Below are positions 28,076 to 36,861 of a stretch of DNA of 64,000 bases, piece after piece. A program made the translations under genes and the position numbers. Below the pieces are notes generated by a model that ran no database searches, was not told where the DNA came from, and saw only the letters and a list, made by a program, of their open reading frames with translations. The stretch covers positions 1 to 64,000 of the IMG/VR virus record IMGVR_UViG_3300017991_000002. One strand, given 5' to 3'. The first letter of the stretch is position 1; every line of letters begins with the position of its first letter.

Positions 28076-28080
28076 CGTAT

Positions 28081-28578
28081 TCAGTTCTCCTTATGTGGCC
28101 GCGAGCGCAAAGAGATGCCTTCCAACAAAGAAATGAAATACTCCACCTCTTTTCTCCAACGTCTTCTATCCAGCCATAAAATATATCGAAGTCTTCTACA
28201 CTCGGTCATTAGCTGTATCTCGGTATCAAATTTATCTTCCATGGGCCTGAGGAGGAGGTCAACGACCTTCTCCAGAGAAAGTGATGATCTGAAGGAGAAG
28301 TGAGCTTTTTTCTTCAAATGCCCTCCTACGTGACCCGTGCAGCATGCAGTGGTTACAATAAAATCAAAGGAATTTATCTTTCTGAGGTAGGGGATAAAGT
28401 ACTTATCCACTTCCCCTTCCTTGATTTCCGTCTCCAAAGACAACGTTCGATATTCTTTCTCCTCGGGGGTCAAAAGATTACCGATGAAATCGCCCAACTG
28501 TGCCGGGGGATCTCTATCAAGAAATGCTTTAAGGGTCTTTACCGGATCCCTTGGGGGTAGGTCTTGAATAATATCCAT
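28081..28578 (-). CDS. TYW3-like domain protein
   Basis: EVDKYFIPYLRKINSFDFIVTTACCTGH resembles the TYW3/Taw3 N-terminal D..I..L...IN....TTSSCSG motif. Confidence 0.55.
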   Translation of the reverse strand: MDIIQDLPPRDPVKTLKAFLDRDPPAQLGDFIGNLLTPEEKEYRTLSLETEIKEGEVDKYFIPYLRKINSFDFIVTTACCTGHVGGHLKKKAHFSFRSSLSLEKVVDLLLRPMEDKFDTEIQLMTECRRLRYILWLDRRRWRKEVEYFISLLEGISLRSRPHKEN

Positions 28579-28589
28579 AACTTCCCTTT

Positions 28590-29072
28590 CTAAGAAATAA
28601 TGATACCCCTGGCTTGGGCACGAAGCATCTGCGTCACCTCCGCTGAGTTGCTTATTGTCCCCGCAGAGTCAATAATAACAAGTTTACCATTTACCCGATC
28701 AATATTCTGACGAATATTTTTCAAGGTGAGAGGTTGTGGATCAGCCCCGGTCGAATGAAGACCGGCTATTCTCTGATTCAAGAATATCAACTCAACATCA
28801 TACGGGTAGGCCAATTTTATGGCCTTCCACAAAGTAGTATTCCCGGAACCAATACCCATATACAGATTTATAGGGCTCCTCCCGTAGGGCATCACGTTCC
28901 GTATCCAATAGCTGATCAGATAGATCATATGACGCTGGCACGTATTAAGGTGCATGCCATCAAGATGAGACTCGATAGCGTCAAAAGACAAACCCTCCGT
29001 AATAGGGGGACACTTTTCCGTATCTGGAATCTCCCTTATATACGCTCTACTTGTCTTCATCTTTCTCCTCAT
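28590..29072 (-). CDS. Degenerate P-loop/helicase-like protein
   Basis: LNTCQ Q-motif-like and MGIGSGNTT (Walker A Lys absent). Confidence 0.45.
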   Translation of the reverse strand: MRRKMKTSRAYIREIPDTEKCPPITEGLSFDAIESHLDGMHLNTCQRHMIYLISYWIRNVMPYGRSPINLYMGIGSGNTTLWKAIKLAYPYDVELIFLNQRIAGLHSTGADPQPLTLKNIRQNIDRVNGKLVIIDSAGTISNSAEVTQMLRAQARGIIIS

Positions 29073-29460
29073 TTTGGCGGGATATCTCCTTCAAGGCCTT
29101 CACGTACCAAATATTGTCAATATCCTCATCAGTGATCTTATGAAGTTGATCCTCGTCTTCAATCGGAGTCCACCAGCTCTCACACCCGAAAATAATGGTC
29201 TTCAGGTCAAACACATAAATTGCAGGATTATGATGACCGTGAGTAATCTCCATCGTCCCCTTGTCAGATATGCTGTACCCAAAAGAAAGAGCAATATCAC
29301 CAATATAAAGACCAAGAAAGGTCTTACCTTCGTAATTCTCCGCACAGGGTCGAATACTAACAAACTTCCCCAGGTGTCCACTGGATATAACGGGCTTCTC
29401 CCATACATGGGTTTCTGGGTGTAAATCTACGCTTTTAATTTTGGCTGGCAATTTCTTCAT
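29047..29460 (-). CDS. Hypothetical protein
   Basis: Tiles in the operon. Confidence 0.65.
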   Translation of the reverse strand: MKKLPAKIKSVDLHPETHVWEKPVISSGHLGKFVSIRPCAENYEGKTFLGLYIGDIALSFGYSISDKGTMEITHGHHNPAIYVFDLKTIIFGCESWWTPIEDEDQLHKITDEDIDNIWYVKALKEISRQNEEKDEDK

Positions 29461-29474
29461 TTTTACTTCCTTTC

Positions 29475-29999
29475 TTAAATTAATCTTAGGATTCGTTTCG
29501 CTCTTTTATCAAATATGGGCCGTCTGGGCCTTGTGAATGTATCAGACCTATTCACCGGCCAACTGACGGCCTCTATTCTTACATGGTACCGACCGTGCAT
29601 AATAACCAGGTATCTTTCCCCTGCCTCTTCCCAGGATGTCTCTGTGGGGTGAATAAAGACATCGACATTAAAAATCTCACATGAATCTCGAAGTGATCTG
29701 ACATTTTCATCGGTAACACAAATTTTCAAGGGCTGCATCGTGTAGACATGACTCTGTGAGCCTCGATGGAAGAACAGCTCACCACACTGATTAAGCGGAG
29801 ACTCTTTCAAGGCTGGATCATGCGGTCGACCATATAGATCTTGAGGCATGCCTTTGTGTGTTCCAGTGCGTAAAAGACCCCTCGTCGGTATAGCCGGCGA
29901 CTCTATTAGACCGTTCATATGAGCAAACTTTTTCACCCTATAATCTATTTCAGCAGATGCTTCCCAACCGTAACTCTTCCCATAGCCATCAAAATTCAT
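29475..29999 (-). CDS. Hypothetical protein, tag variant
   Basis: Ends AKRILRLI. Confidence 0.6.
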   Translation of the reverse strand: MNFDGYGKSYGWEASAEIDYRVKKFAHMNGLIESPAIPTRGLLRTGTHKGMPQDLYGRPHDPALKESPLNQCGELFFHRGSQSHVYTMQPLKICVTDENVRSLRDSCEIFNVDVFIHPTETSWEEAGERYLVIMHGRYHVRIEAVSWPVNRSDTFTRPRRPIFDKRAKRILRLI

Positions 30000-30484
30000 T
30001 TTTGGATCCTCAACTTCCTAATATGTCTAAAGGCCTTAGGTGGTTTTGACTCCACTTTACGAACCAGAACTTCGCTTGGTGGTTCTTTGTCGGAAAACCT
30101 ACTTCTCAAATGAAAAATTTCACCTGTTGGTCCCAGCATTGGTTGGACATTAATCAACTGGGGGGTGATCCTAAAAAAGGCCCGGTCGGCGATGGCCGAT
30201 TCTTCAGTATTGCAAACAGTCGCTTCCGGATTAGCGGGAGTATCTTGGGACGAAAACATTTCCGACTGAACCATAGACGTCAAGTCAACTTCAGTCCTCG
30301 ATCTATTTCGTCTTATAAGATCCAAAAATGCCTCTATAAGAGCACCTTCCTCATTATGACGAGCACGTCTCTCGTCCATCCTCTTTTTAATCCACCGAAT
30401 CATCAACTTTGCCCTTAATAAGACAGATAACTCCTCTCGCAGCCCCGAGCCAATTATGCCTAGACAAACTCCAATAATCATCAA
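29996..30484 (-). CDS. Hypothetical protein with N-terminal hydrophobic segment, tagged
   Basis: Ends IRKLRIQK. Confidence 0.6.
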   Translation of the reverse strand: MMIIGVCLGIIGSGLREELSVLLRAKLMIRWIKKRMDERRARHNEEGALIEAFLDLIRRNRSRTEVDLTSMVQSEMFSSQDTPANPEATVCNTEESAIADRAFFRITPQLINVQPMLGPTGEIFHLRSRFSDKEPPSEVLVRKVESKPPKAFRHIRKLRIQK

Positions 30485-30896
30485 ACCTGATTGGCAACGA
30501 TGTCGAATCTTCCCTCCTCTTTATGTACCCATGGAAGAACTGACTGGCTAATATCTTGGCTACTGCCCCCTCCGAGCTGCTATGCTCACGAGGAACTCCA
30601 TCCCTATACTCATGGATCGTATTAAGATATCCATGGATATCACCCAAGTGGTCTGTCAACTCCTCCTCAATACGATTAAGCTCCTCTGCATATTCCTTGG
30701 ATCCCTTCTCTGCTCTGATTTCATATTCCTCATCCTCACCAAGGGCACTCCAGCAAGCACCATTATAAGCATCCCAACCAATAAACAAGACATTCGGCCT
30801 CCCCTCAAAAAACTCATTATCTCCCTCGATATCGGTTTCAAGGATGAGTCCCAAATCCTTAATAAGCATTCCGGGTTCAATGTCCTTATACTTCAT
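30387..30896 (-). CDS. Hypothetical protein
   Basis: Tiles in the operon; overlaps the next gene. Confidence 0.55.
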   Translation of the reverse strand: MKYKDIEPGMLIKDLGLILETDIEGDNEFFEGRPNVLFIGWDAYNGACWSALGEDEEYEIRAEKGSKEYAEELNRIEEELTDHLGDIHGYLNTIHEYRDGVPREHSSSEGAVAKILASQFFHGYIKRREDSTSLPIRFDDYWSLSRHNWLGAARGVICLIKGKVDDSVD

Positions 30897-31371
30897 AGAA
30901 AGGCCTCTCCTTCTTTATTTCATTGATAATGGCCCCTATATCATCCTCACTACCCAAATTACAGATAGGGATATTATTCATCTCCGCCAGGGTGATAGCA
31001 TACCTAGTGCCCCCCACCTTATGTCCTTTAAGGGTCCAGCAAAGGACAAAATCCGAGGGAGTCTCCAGATCTTTTCCCATAACCTGGTACATATTTCTGG
31101 CGAGAAGATCTCTCACATAAGTTCTCATAGAATTAATATTTATCGAACTGCCCTGCTCTTTATTAAGCCCCTCAATAACCCGATTTAGCATATTAAAGGC
31201 CGCACGATCGTTTGCAACATCATAAGGGCGCCATATTTCCTTCTGACCCTTGGCCCCTCCAGAACGAAGAAGGTATCCCTTCCCTGCAAGAATCTCGGCT
31301 ATCCCTCGCATACAATCACACACATGAGACGGGGTAAGCCTACTCCCTATTCCTGTATAGATTTTGTTCAC
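30886..31371 (-). CDS. SLOG/DprA-like protein
   Basis: YTGIGSR..GYLLRSGGAKG..SDFVLCWT..GGTRYAI. Confidence 0.65.
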   Translation of the reverse strand: MNKIYTGIGSRLTPSHVCDCMRGIAEILAGKGYLLRSGGAKGQKEIWRPYDVANDRAAFNMLNRVIEGLNKEQGSSININSMRTYVRDLLARNMYQVMGKDLETPSDFVLCWTLKGHKVGGTRYAITLAEMNNIPICNLGSEDDIGAIINEIKKERPFYEV

Positions 31372-31372
31372 T

Positions 31373-31837
31373 TTAATCTCCCCTCCCCGGTAACTTACAA
31401 AGCCTCAATTTTCTTTTGTGTTTTATCTCCTCCACTACCTGTCGTTGGGGTCGAGTGATGCCACATTCATTCAGTCCAAGCCTTTGCCGCTCAGCCTCAG
31501 TCAGACCATACGTCACTATATCCTCAAAAGTAGTCGCAACCTGCGAATCTCCTCCTTCTTGTCACCCCCATCCGGTATAATCACACCAAGCACGCAACGA
31601 AACATACCTACCATCTTTTAGCTGGAAGACTCCAATCCAAGTGTCCCCGTCATTCTCTCCCTCCTCCAGGGCAAGAATAAACATGACGTCCTCTCTGGTA
31701 TAAGAATCGGTTGACACATTATCATCTACAATCACTGCCTGGGGACCATGATTATGACCTCTTTGGCATACCGTGGGTGAGGCATATTTAAAAGCTTCCT
31801 CCCAATCATAAGTATCAAGCATCTCCAGCATAATCAC
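31373..31837 (-). CDS. Candidate selenoprotein (in-frame UGA at 31562-31564), tagged
   Basis: WCDYTGWG-UGA-QEGGDSQVATTFEDIVTYGLTEAERQRLG..KRKLRLCKLPGRGD (154 aa with readthrough); SECIS-like hairpin 11 nt after the UGA. Confidence 0.6.
31521..31561 (-). promoter_or_regulatory. Bacterial SECIS-like hairpin
   Basis: UGA-CAAGAAGGAGG-AG-AU-UCGC-AGGUU-GCGA-CU, the same geometry as E. coli fdhF SECIS as I recall it. Confidence 0.55.
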
Positions 31838-32064
31838 CTCTCCTCTTCGGATCGGACATTAAGTCGTCTTCCCGGCCTCTTAGTGACCGGATCCTCAGAA
31901 TCCCCCTGATTTATCTCCTCTTCAAGCATCCCAATAGTGGATCTTATCTCCGATGTCCATAAATCCAGGTCACCCCCCGGTATGTCAAAAGGGGAAAGGA
32001 ACGACTCTAACTTAGTCAGCTGCCTTTTAAGAATCTTCACCAATATTTCAACATTTCGGCCCAT
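31834..32064 (-). CDS. Hypothetical protein, tagged
   Basis: Ends GRRLNVRSEEER. Confidence 0.65.
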   Translation of the reverse strand: MGRNVEILVKILKRQLTKLESFLSPFDIPGGDLDLWTSEIRSTIGMLEEEINQGDSEDPVTKRPGRRLNVRSEEER

Positions 32065-32066
32065 CT

Positions 32067-32354
32067 TTACTTACTCAACCTTAGTTTCCTGCTTGGTTTA
32101 AACTTCTGCGGTGTCAATTTTTCCTCCTTCCTATAACTTGCCCCGCCGTGAAATACCTCCACCTTCTTGAGTTCAAAGGCCACAATATGGACTTCCCCTT
32201 TCAGGAGGCTATGGTGTCCTGCATAGAGGGAAGCACTTTTCTTATTGTTGAACAAAGTAGCCTTCTCCAATTCGTCCGTAAATACATTTCCATACTCGCC
32301 TGTACTTCTCGTCAGCCATAATCCTCCATTATTACGGACGGCATATTGCCTCAT
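32067..32354 (-). CDS. Hypothetical protein, tagged
   Basis: Ends SRKLRLSK. Confidence 0.7.
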   Translation of the reverse strand: MRQYAVRNNGGLWLTRSTGEYGNVFTDELEKATLFNNKKSASLYAGHHSLLKGEVHIVAFELKKVEVFHGGASYRKEEKLTPQKFKPSRKLRLSK

Positions 32355-32560
32355 CTCTGCATCCTCAACTTTCTGACAGAATAGACTCTTTTTGGGGGAG
32401 CCCTATCAAATGCAGCATTATAGTCCACTCGAAGTGTGAACTCCTCCGGATAATCAAGAATATGACCACCCGGGACATCAAAACGTACACCTTCTTCAGT
32501 ACGAGATAGACGTTCCAATATCTCATTAACCTTCGATACTGCCAATCGATTTTCCATCAC
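32351..32560 (-). CDS. Hypothetical protein, tagged
   Basis: Ends VRKLRMQR. Confidence 0.65.
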   Translation of the reverse strand: MMENRLAVSKVNEILERLSRTEEGVRFDVPGGHILDYPEEFTLRVDYNAAFDRAPPKRVYSVRKLRMQR

Positions 32561-32970
32561 TTAACCTTCAGCTTTCTCTTCTTACCTTCCTTTTCAGTTT
32601 TAGGATCTTCCCAGGGCATAAACCTGGCGGAGGGGAAAAGGAACGTAACGAATGAGTCCTCATCAAAAAAGACTCCAAGTTTAAGGTCAAGATCCTCATT
32701 GTAGGCAAAATTATCCACTTCTTCCGTCGCTTTTACCGGGGGATCCAGAATTTCAACAACGATTGCCGGGCTACCTTCCCCCGGATGTTTCTTAATCCGA
32801 AGACCGGGCTTCCACTGCACAATATCTCCTACACTAAATTCATGCCTTTCGTTAAGAACTTGAACAGCCTTTCTTAAATCCTCCGCGGAATACTCAAAAA
32901 CATTCTCTTCCCTCTCCTCCGAAATGGCACTCAATATGTCCGACATATTCATGTTACACCTTCCTTCCAT
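32557..32970 (-). CDS. Hypothetical protein, tagged
   Basis: FSVGDIVQWKPG; ends KRKLKVK. Confidence 0.7.
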   Translation of the reverse strand: MEGRCNMNMSDILSAISEEREENVFEYSAEDLRKAVQVLNERHEFSVGDIVQWKPGLRIKKHPGEGSPAIVVEILDPPVKATEEVDNFAYNEDLDLKLGVFFDEDSFVTFLFPSARFMPWEDPKTEKEGKKRKLKVK

Positions 32971-33247
32971 TTGATTCTTTGACCTGGGCCTTCAACCCAA
33001 GAGCGTTAAGTATGTCAATAAAAGTCCGGAACCTTGTCTCGTCCGGGCTATTCAAAAATCTGGAGACTGTTGATTCGCTTCTTCCTGACATTCTCGCCAG
33101 GTCTTTTTTGGAGATATTCCTGGACTCCATGATTTCACAAATGGCTTCCGTGATTTCCATACACGACTCCCCTATAGCAGACAGCCTGGCAAACTCCGGG
33201 TCGCTTTTCAGTAATTTCGCTCTATAGTCTCTTAGGGTCTTCATCAT
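32954..33247 (-). CDS. XRE-family HTH protein (antitoxin/regulator-like)
   Basis: ISKKDLARMSGRSESTVSRFLN..RFRTFIDILNALG. Confidence 0.8.
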   Translation of the reverse strand: MMKTLRDYRAKLLKSDPEFARLSAIGESCMEITEAICEIMESRNISKKDLARMSGRSESTVSRFLNSPDETRFRTFIDILNALGLKAQVKESNGRKV

Positions 33248-33675
33248 CCCACTTCATCCTTTTTATCTTCTTCTTGGGGAACATCCTCCAACTTTCCAGT
33301 AACCGGCATCACCTCAAAAACGCCTTTGTATTCATTATAAAGTCTTTCCGCCCGACGCTTTACTTGAGGATCGACATCGTTAAGTGTATGCGCCAGTTTC
33401 TTTGCACCCAGCCATTCAAGGTAGAGGTCACTGTTCCTTGAATTCTTTCCCTCTTTCCTTTTTCGATTCTCCTCCATATCTCTCAATATTTCCTCGTCCG
33501 TCATCATCAAGTAATAGAGGGGGATAGCCTCCTCCTCATATTGACCATTTACATCTTTGAAGACAACCACAATTTCCCGGTCAATACGGAAACCAGAAAA
33601 ATCACTGATATTACATACAGTATGCAAAAGATCCTTAACCTTTTTCTGTACCTTCAACGTTTCGTCTACGAGCAT
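33244..33675 (-). CDS. Hypothetical protein
   Basis: AAGGAG RBS. Confidence 0.65.
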   Translation of the reverse strand: MLVDETLKVQKKVKDLLHTVCNISDFSGFRIDREIVVVFKDVNGQYEEEAIPLYYLMMTDEEILRDMEENRKRKEGKNSRNSDLYLEWLGAKKLAHTLNDVDPQVKRRAERLYNEYKGVFEVMPVTGKLEDVPQEEDKKDEVG

Positions 33676-33727
33676 GATCCACTCCTTTCTTGGTATTATT
33701 TAATGATTGACAGAGGTATACATTAAA

Positions 33728-33769
33728 CAAAAAAATGGAACCAAGTCCGGCTGAGGATACCGGACTCGA
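33728..33769 (-). terminator. Probable terminator hairpin
   Basis: GAGTCCGG-TATCCTCAG-CCGGACTT, then GGTTCCA and T7. Confidence 0.55.
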
Positions 33770-33875
33770 TTCCCGGAGGTGTAACTGTGTGACTACGTCC
33801 ACTGTCTCAGCAGTGAATATATTAGGAGGGGCACAAAGTCCGCAACCTCGTAGCCTATGCTCAGTATAAACCATC

Positions 33876-34196
33876 CTAGCCCACCTTGTCAATCCTTAGT
33901 CTTCTTTTTACTCTCCCCGAACTATACATATCCTCATCGAAAAATACCAAAGCAGCTGCTTCCCAAGGATACTTCGCAGCTCCTCTATAAACCCATTCCG
34001 TCTTACTCTTTTCCCATATAAAGAGAAGGGATACAGGTACGAGGCCTATAACCTCGCTCTCAACGTAACACTTTCTTACTTGATAAACAACATCTTTGAC
34101 ATGATCAACCCTAAAGTATCCCCATTGCTGACATTCCCACCCGAGACTGGTCATTTTTTCTGATTCACTGTTTGACATTTCTTCGCTTTCTGTCAT
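33876..34196 (-). CDS. Hypothetical protein, tagged
   Basis: Ends KRRLRIDKVG. Confidence 0.65.
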   Translation of the reverse strand: MTESEEMSNSESEKMTSLGWECQQWGYFRVDHVKDVVYQVRKCYVESEVIGLVPVSLLFIWEKSKTEWVYRGAAKYPWEAAALVFFDEDMYSSGRVKRRLRIDKVG

Positions 34197-34420
34197 TTTT
34201 TATTTATCCTTAACTTGCGAAACGTTTTTGCTGGAGGACACTGCTCTTTATTTTCCACCCTTGTCACCCACAAGGAAGGGCTCTCTGCACCGACAAGGTG
34301 CATAAACCGCAAAAGACCCAAACTGGACTTCATATTATCGAGAGTCTCCAGAGATTTAATATAATCCTCAAGATCTCCCTTGATGTCCCCAAACGACAGT
34401 TGATTATTACTATTTGACAT
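34193..34420 (-). CDS. Hypothetical protein, tagged
   Basis: Ends FRKLRINKK. Confidence 0.65.
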   Translation of the reverse strand: MSNSNNQLSFGDIKGDLEDYIKSLETLDNMKSSLGLLRFMHLVGAESPSLWVTRVENKEQCPPAKTFRKLRINKK

Positions 34421-34733
34421 TTGATTTCCTCATCCTCAACTTTCTTACTGTTCTCTTTTCCATTCTTTCCTCTATATTATCAATCAGATTCTCCAACTCA
34501 ATCCTCACCCATTGCAACACTTTCAGCCTGGCCATATCGGCCGAATATTCCGAAGCATTCTGAGAAGCCAGATGATCTATTTCTTCCTCCTGCTCACATA
34601 TCTTGTCCACCAGCTCTAAGATTTTCACTTCATATTTTCTTCTGACATGGCCAAAGTCAGACAGGTCATCCGGCAAATCACATATCACTCTCCACTCCCC
34701 TGCTGTCAGATCTACTTTTTTACGATCCACCAT
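34410..34733 (-). CDS. Coiled-coil hypothetical protein, tagged
   Basis: Ends VRKLRMRKSNVK. Confidence 0.7.
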   Translation of the reverse strand: MVDRKKVDLTAGEWRVICDLPDDLSDFGHVRRKYEVKILELVDKICEQEEEIDHLASQNASEYSADMARLKVLQWVRIELENLIDNIEERMEKRTVRKLRMRKSNVK

Positions 34734-35394
34734 TTGGAATCCTCAGCTTTCTGCTCATTCTGTTTGTGCCCGTCCCTTCCTGCCCCGGATCTTCTTCATT
34801 TGGGAGGACAACTTGAAATTTATGATTAACTTTCATAAATACCTGTCCTCCTGCTTCATTAATACGACTCATAAAATCGGGCAACGAAGTACCAGCATAA
34901 ATAGAAACCTTAGGTCCTGCAACATAATCCGGGGTAGCAAGCCATGGAACTCCACCCTTATTTATAATCTCTACCGAATAGGGACTATTACGATAACCTT
35001 CGTCTGGGGTATCCAAATTCCCCGTAAAAAATACGCTGATAATATCCCACGCCTTCCTACCTTCCTTCCTATCATGGTCACCATACTCATAAGGTGCACC
35101 GGCATTATGCTCATACGGAGCGTCATTCCAATCATCCCCCCACTGTTCTAACAGTGGCTGGGTTGTGAAATAAGCCCTATAGTCTTCAACATAGCAGAGT
35201 TTATAAGTATGCAAAAGGGAGGCGGTTCGATCATCATCCCGAACAATCCAATCATCCCTTGTCAGTAGATCAATTTCAGACTCGCCTTCATCCACCTCTA
35301 TCCCCAAATCCATATTATCCCCTAATACGAACCACTCCTTCGATTGAGGAAGTTTGAATGGCTTACCTGTCCCTATGGCCTCATAAATGTTCAT
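34720..35394 (-). CDS. Two-domain phage protein, tagged
   Basis: N-terminal MNIYEA..GKPFK..DDWIV domain plus QWGDDWNDAPYEHNAG domain; ends SRKLRIPNGGS. Confidence 0.7.
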   Translation of the reverse strand: MNIYEAIGTGKPFKLPQSKEWFVLGDNMDLGIEVDEGESEIDLLTRDDWIVRDDDRTASLLHTYKLCYVEDYRAYFTTQPLLEQWGDDWNDAPYEHNAGAPYEYGDHDRKEGRKAWDIISVFFTGNLDTPDEGYRNSPYSVEIINKGGVPWLATPDYVAGPKVSIYAGTSLPDFMSRINEAGGQVFMKVNHKFQVVLPNEEDPGQEGTGTNRMSRKLRIPNGGS

Positions 35395-35628
35395 TCAGTC
35401 CTCCAACGGTGTCAACTCAAACTCCTGAAAAAGGGGACAATGTAGACGGCAACATTTTTGGCTCGAGGTGCATCCGTGAAAGCACTTGGCCGCCCCCTCA
35501 AATTTGATACCCTTCTCCAGACTACCTGCTAGGCTCCTAACCTCAAAATCGGAATAAGGGCACCTACCTTTATTGGCAACCATATTTATAAGGAAGTCAA
35601 TTAACTTTCTATCCCTTTCTGTTTTCAT
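35395..35628 (-). CDS. Cys-rich protein, untagged paralog of 14166..14471
   Basis: KGRCPY..C..C..CPLFQEF. Confidence 0.6.
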   Translation of the reverse strand: MKTERDRKLIDFLINMVANKGRCPYSDFEVRSLAGSLEKGIKFEGAAKCFHGCTSSQKCCRLHCPLFQEFELTPLED

Positions 35629-36014
35629 AAAATCCCTTTCATTTTCCCATAATCCCTGGCATTCTTTGAATACCCCTGATTAGCTGTAATCCAAGAACCC
35701 AACCAATCCCACTCATCAAGGACAAAGTTACGAAACTCTTCAGCAGTAAGGCTTATGACCTTTTCCTCAGTCCACTCGAGCATACCGATCACCTGATCAT
35801 AAATACTTGTCTTGTCCTCAGGAACAGTAAGCCCAAAGATCAAACGCTCCACTTTGCCCTCCTCAAGGCTATTAAGCTTCTCAATAATTTTCTCTTTTGC
35901 CTTCTGGATATAGCCGGCCCTCGCCTCAAGATACATACTACGATGATTATCCCGGTTATCTTTGAGCTTGACCAACAATTTATCTTTCTCGATCTTGGTT
36001 TTCATTTCTATCAT
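35625..36014 (-). CDS. Hypothetical protein
   Basis: GGGAGG RBS downstream of the promoter motif. Confidence 0.7.
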   Translation of the reverse strand: MIEMKTKIEKDKLLVKLKDNRDNHRSMYLEARAGYIQKAKEKIIEKLNSLEEGKVERLIFGLTVPEDKTSIYDQVIGMLEWTEEKVISLTAEEFRNFVLDEWDWLGSWITANQGYSKNARDYGKMKGIL

Positions 36015-36041
36015 GGATCCTCCCTTCGATTAAACTTTCCT

Positions 36042-36085
36042 CTATTATACTTATACGCCTGTGAAGACAAAAAAGTAAAAGAAAA
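36042..36085 (-). promoter_or_regulatory. Conserved phage promoter motif (variant)
   Basis: TTTACTTTTTT...CGTATAAGTATAATAG. Confidence 0.7.
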
Positions 36086-36105
36086 TGTAGATAGAATACC
36101 GATTT

Positions 36106-36399
36106 TTAGTTGACTGTGTCTTCTCTATTCTTTTTCAGGTACTCCGCAGCCATCTTACACTCTCCTTCAATCTGGTCGACTTTATCCTGGCCAATAACAT
36201 TAGCAATTCTCTTCTTCAGTTCGATCAACCTCTCTTCCTGCATCTTTTTGTACCTGCCATGGAATCCGGACTCCCTCAGCTTTTCGATCGCCCACCTCTT
36301 CATAAGATCCGGAATTTCACCATCCCCCATATTCCCATGTACGGCCAAAATCAACAGCCACTCAACCGGCATATACACAGACACCTTTCTTTCCATCAT
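36106..36399 (-). CDS. Hypothetical protein
   Basis: Tiles in the operon. Confidence 0.6.
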   Translation of the reverse strand: MMERKVSVYMPVEWLLILAVHGNMGDGEIPDLMKRWAIEKLRESGFHGRYKKMQEERLIELKKRIANVIGQDKVDQIEGECKMAAEYLKKNREDTVN

Positions 36400-36653
36400 A
36401 ATCTCAATCTCCTTTTACTTCTTACAGAGTCCACAAGAATAGACTTTGAATTTTGGACATCATCCCCCTTTATCTCCCAATCATCAGCAAGGGCATCCGC
36501 AGCATCCAAATGCGCATTTTCCAACAGTTCCAGACTACCGTCCTCCAAGACAGCATGGAATTCACCATCTTTATACACATGCCACTTGTCCCCGGTTCCT
36601 CAAGCCTCTCTTTTGAAGGGACAACCACTCAGGGCCGCTTCTCTAAAATTCAT
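36396..36653 (-). CDS. Small tagged protein with in-frame TGA (pseudogene, readthrough, or shorter GTG start at 36578)
   Basis: MNFREAALSGCPFKREA-TGA-GTGDKWHVY..DALADDWEI..KRRLRL; same family as the N-terminus of 34720..35394. Confidence 0.5.
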
Positions 36654-36861
36654 TCCCTATCCTCAACTTTCTCCCTACTTCCTTACTACCTACCTTGAGA
36701 TTACTCAACATTTCTATTTCGTCCAAACTATCAAGAACATATCTCAGGGTACCATGAACATAACTAAGGCCTATTCGATCAATACCATATCCTGCCATTT
36801 GTGCCTGTGCTTCATCCATCCGCCCTTGAAGCCATTCAGCCAAAACTTCTTTTTTAATCAC
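36643..36861 (-). CDS. Tandem paralog 1, tagged
   Basis: MIKKEVLAEWL..; ends GRKLRIGNEF. Confidence 0.7.
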   Translation of the reverse strand: MIKKEVLAEWLQGRMDEAQAQMAGYGIDRIGLSYVHGTLRYVLDSLDEIEMLSNLKVGSKEVGRKLRIGNEF

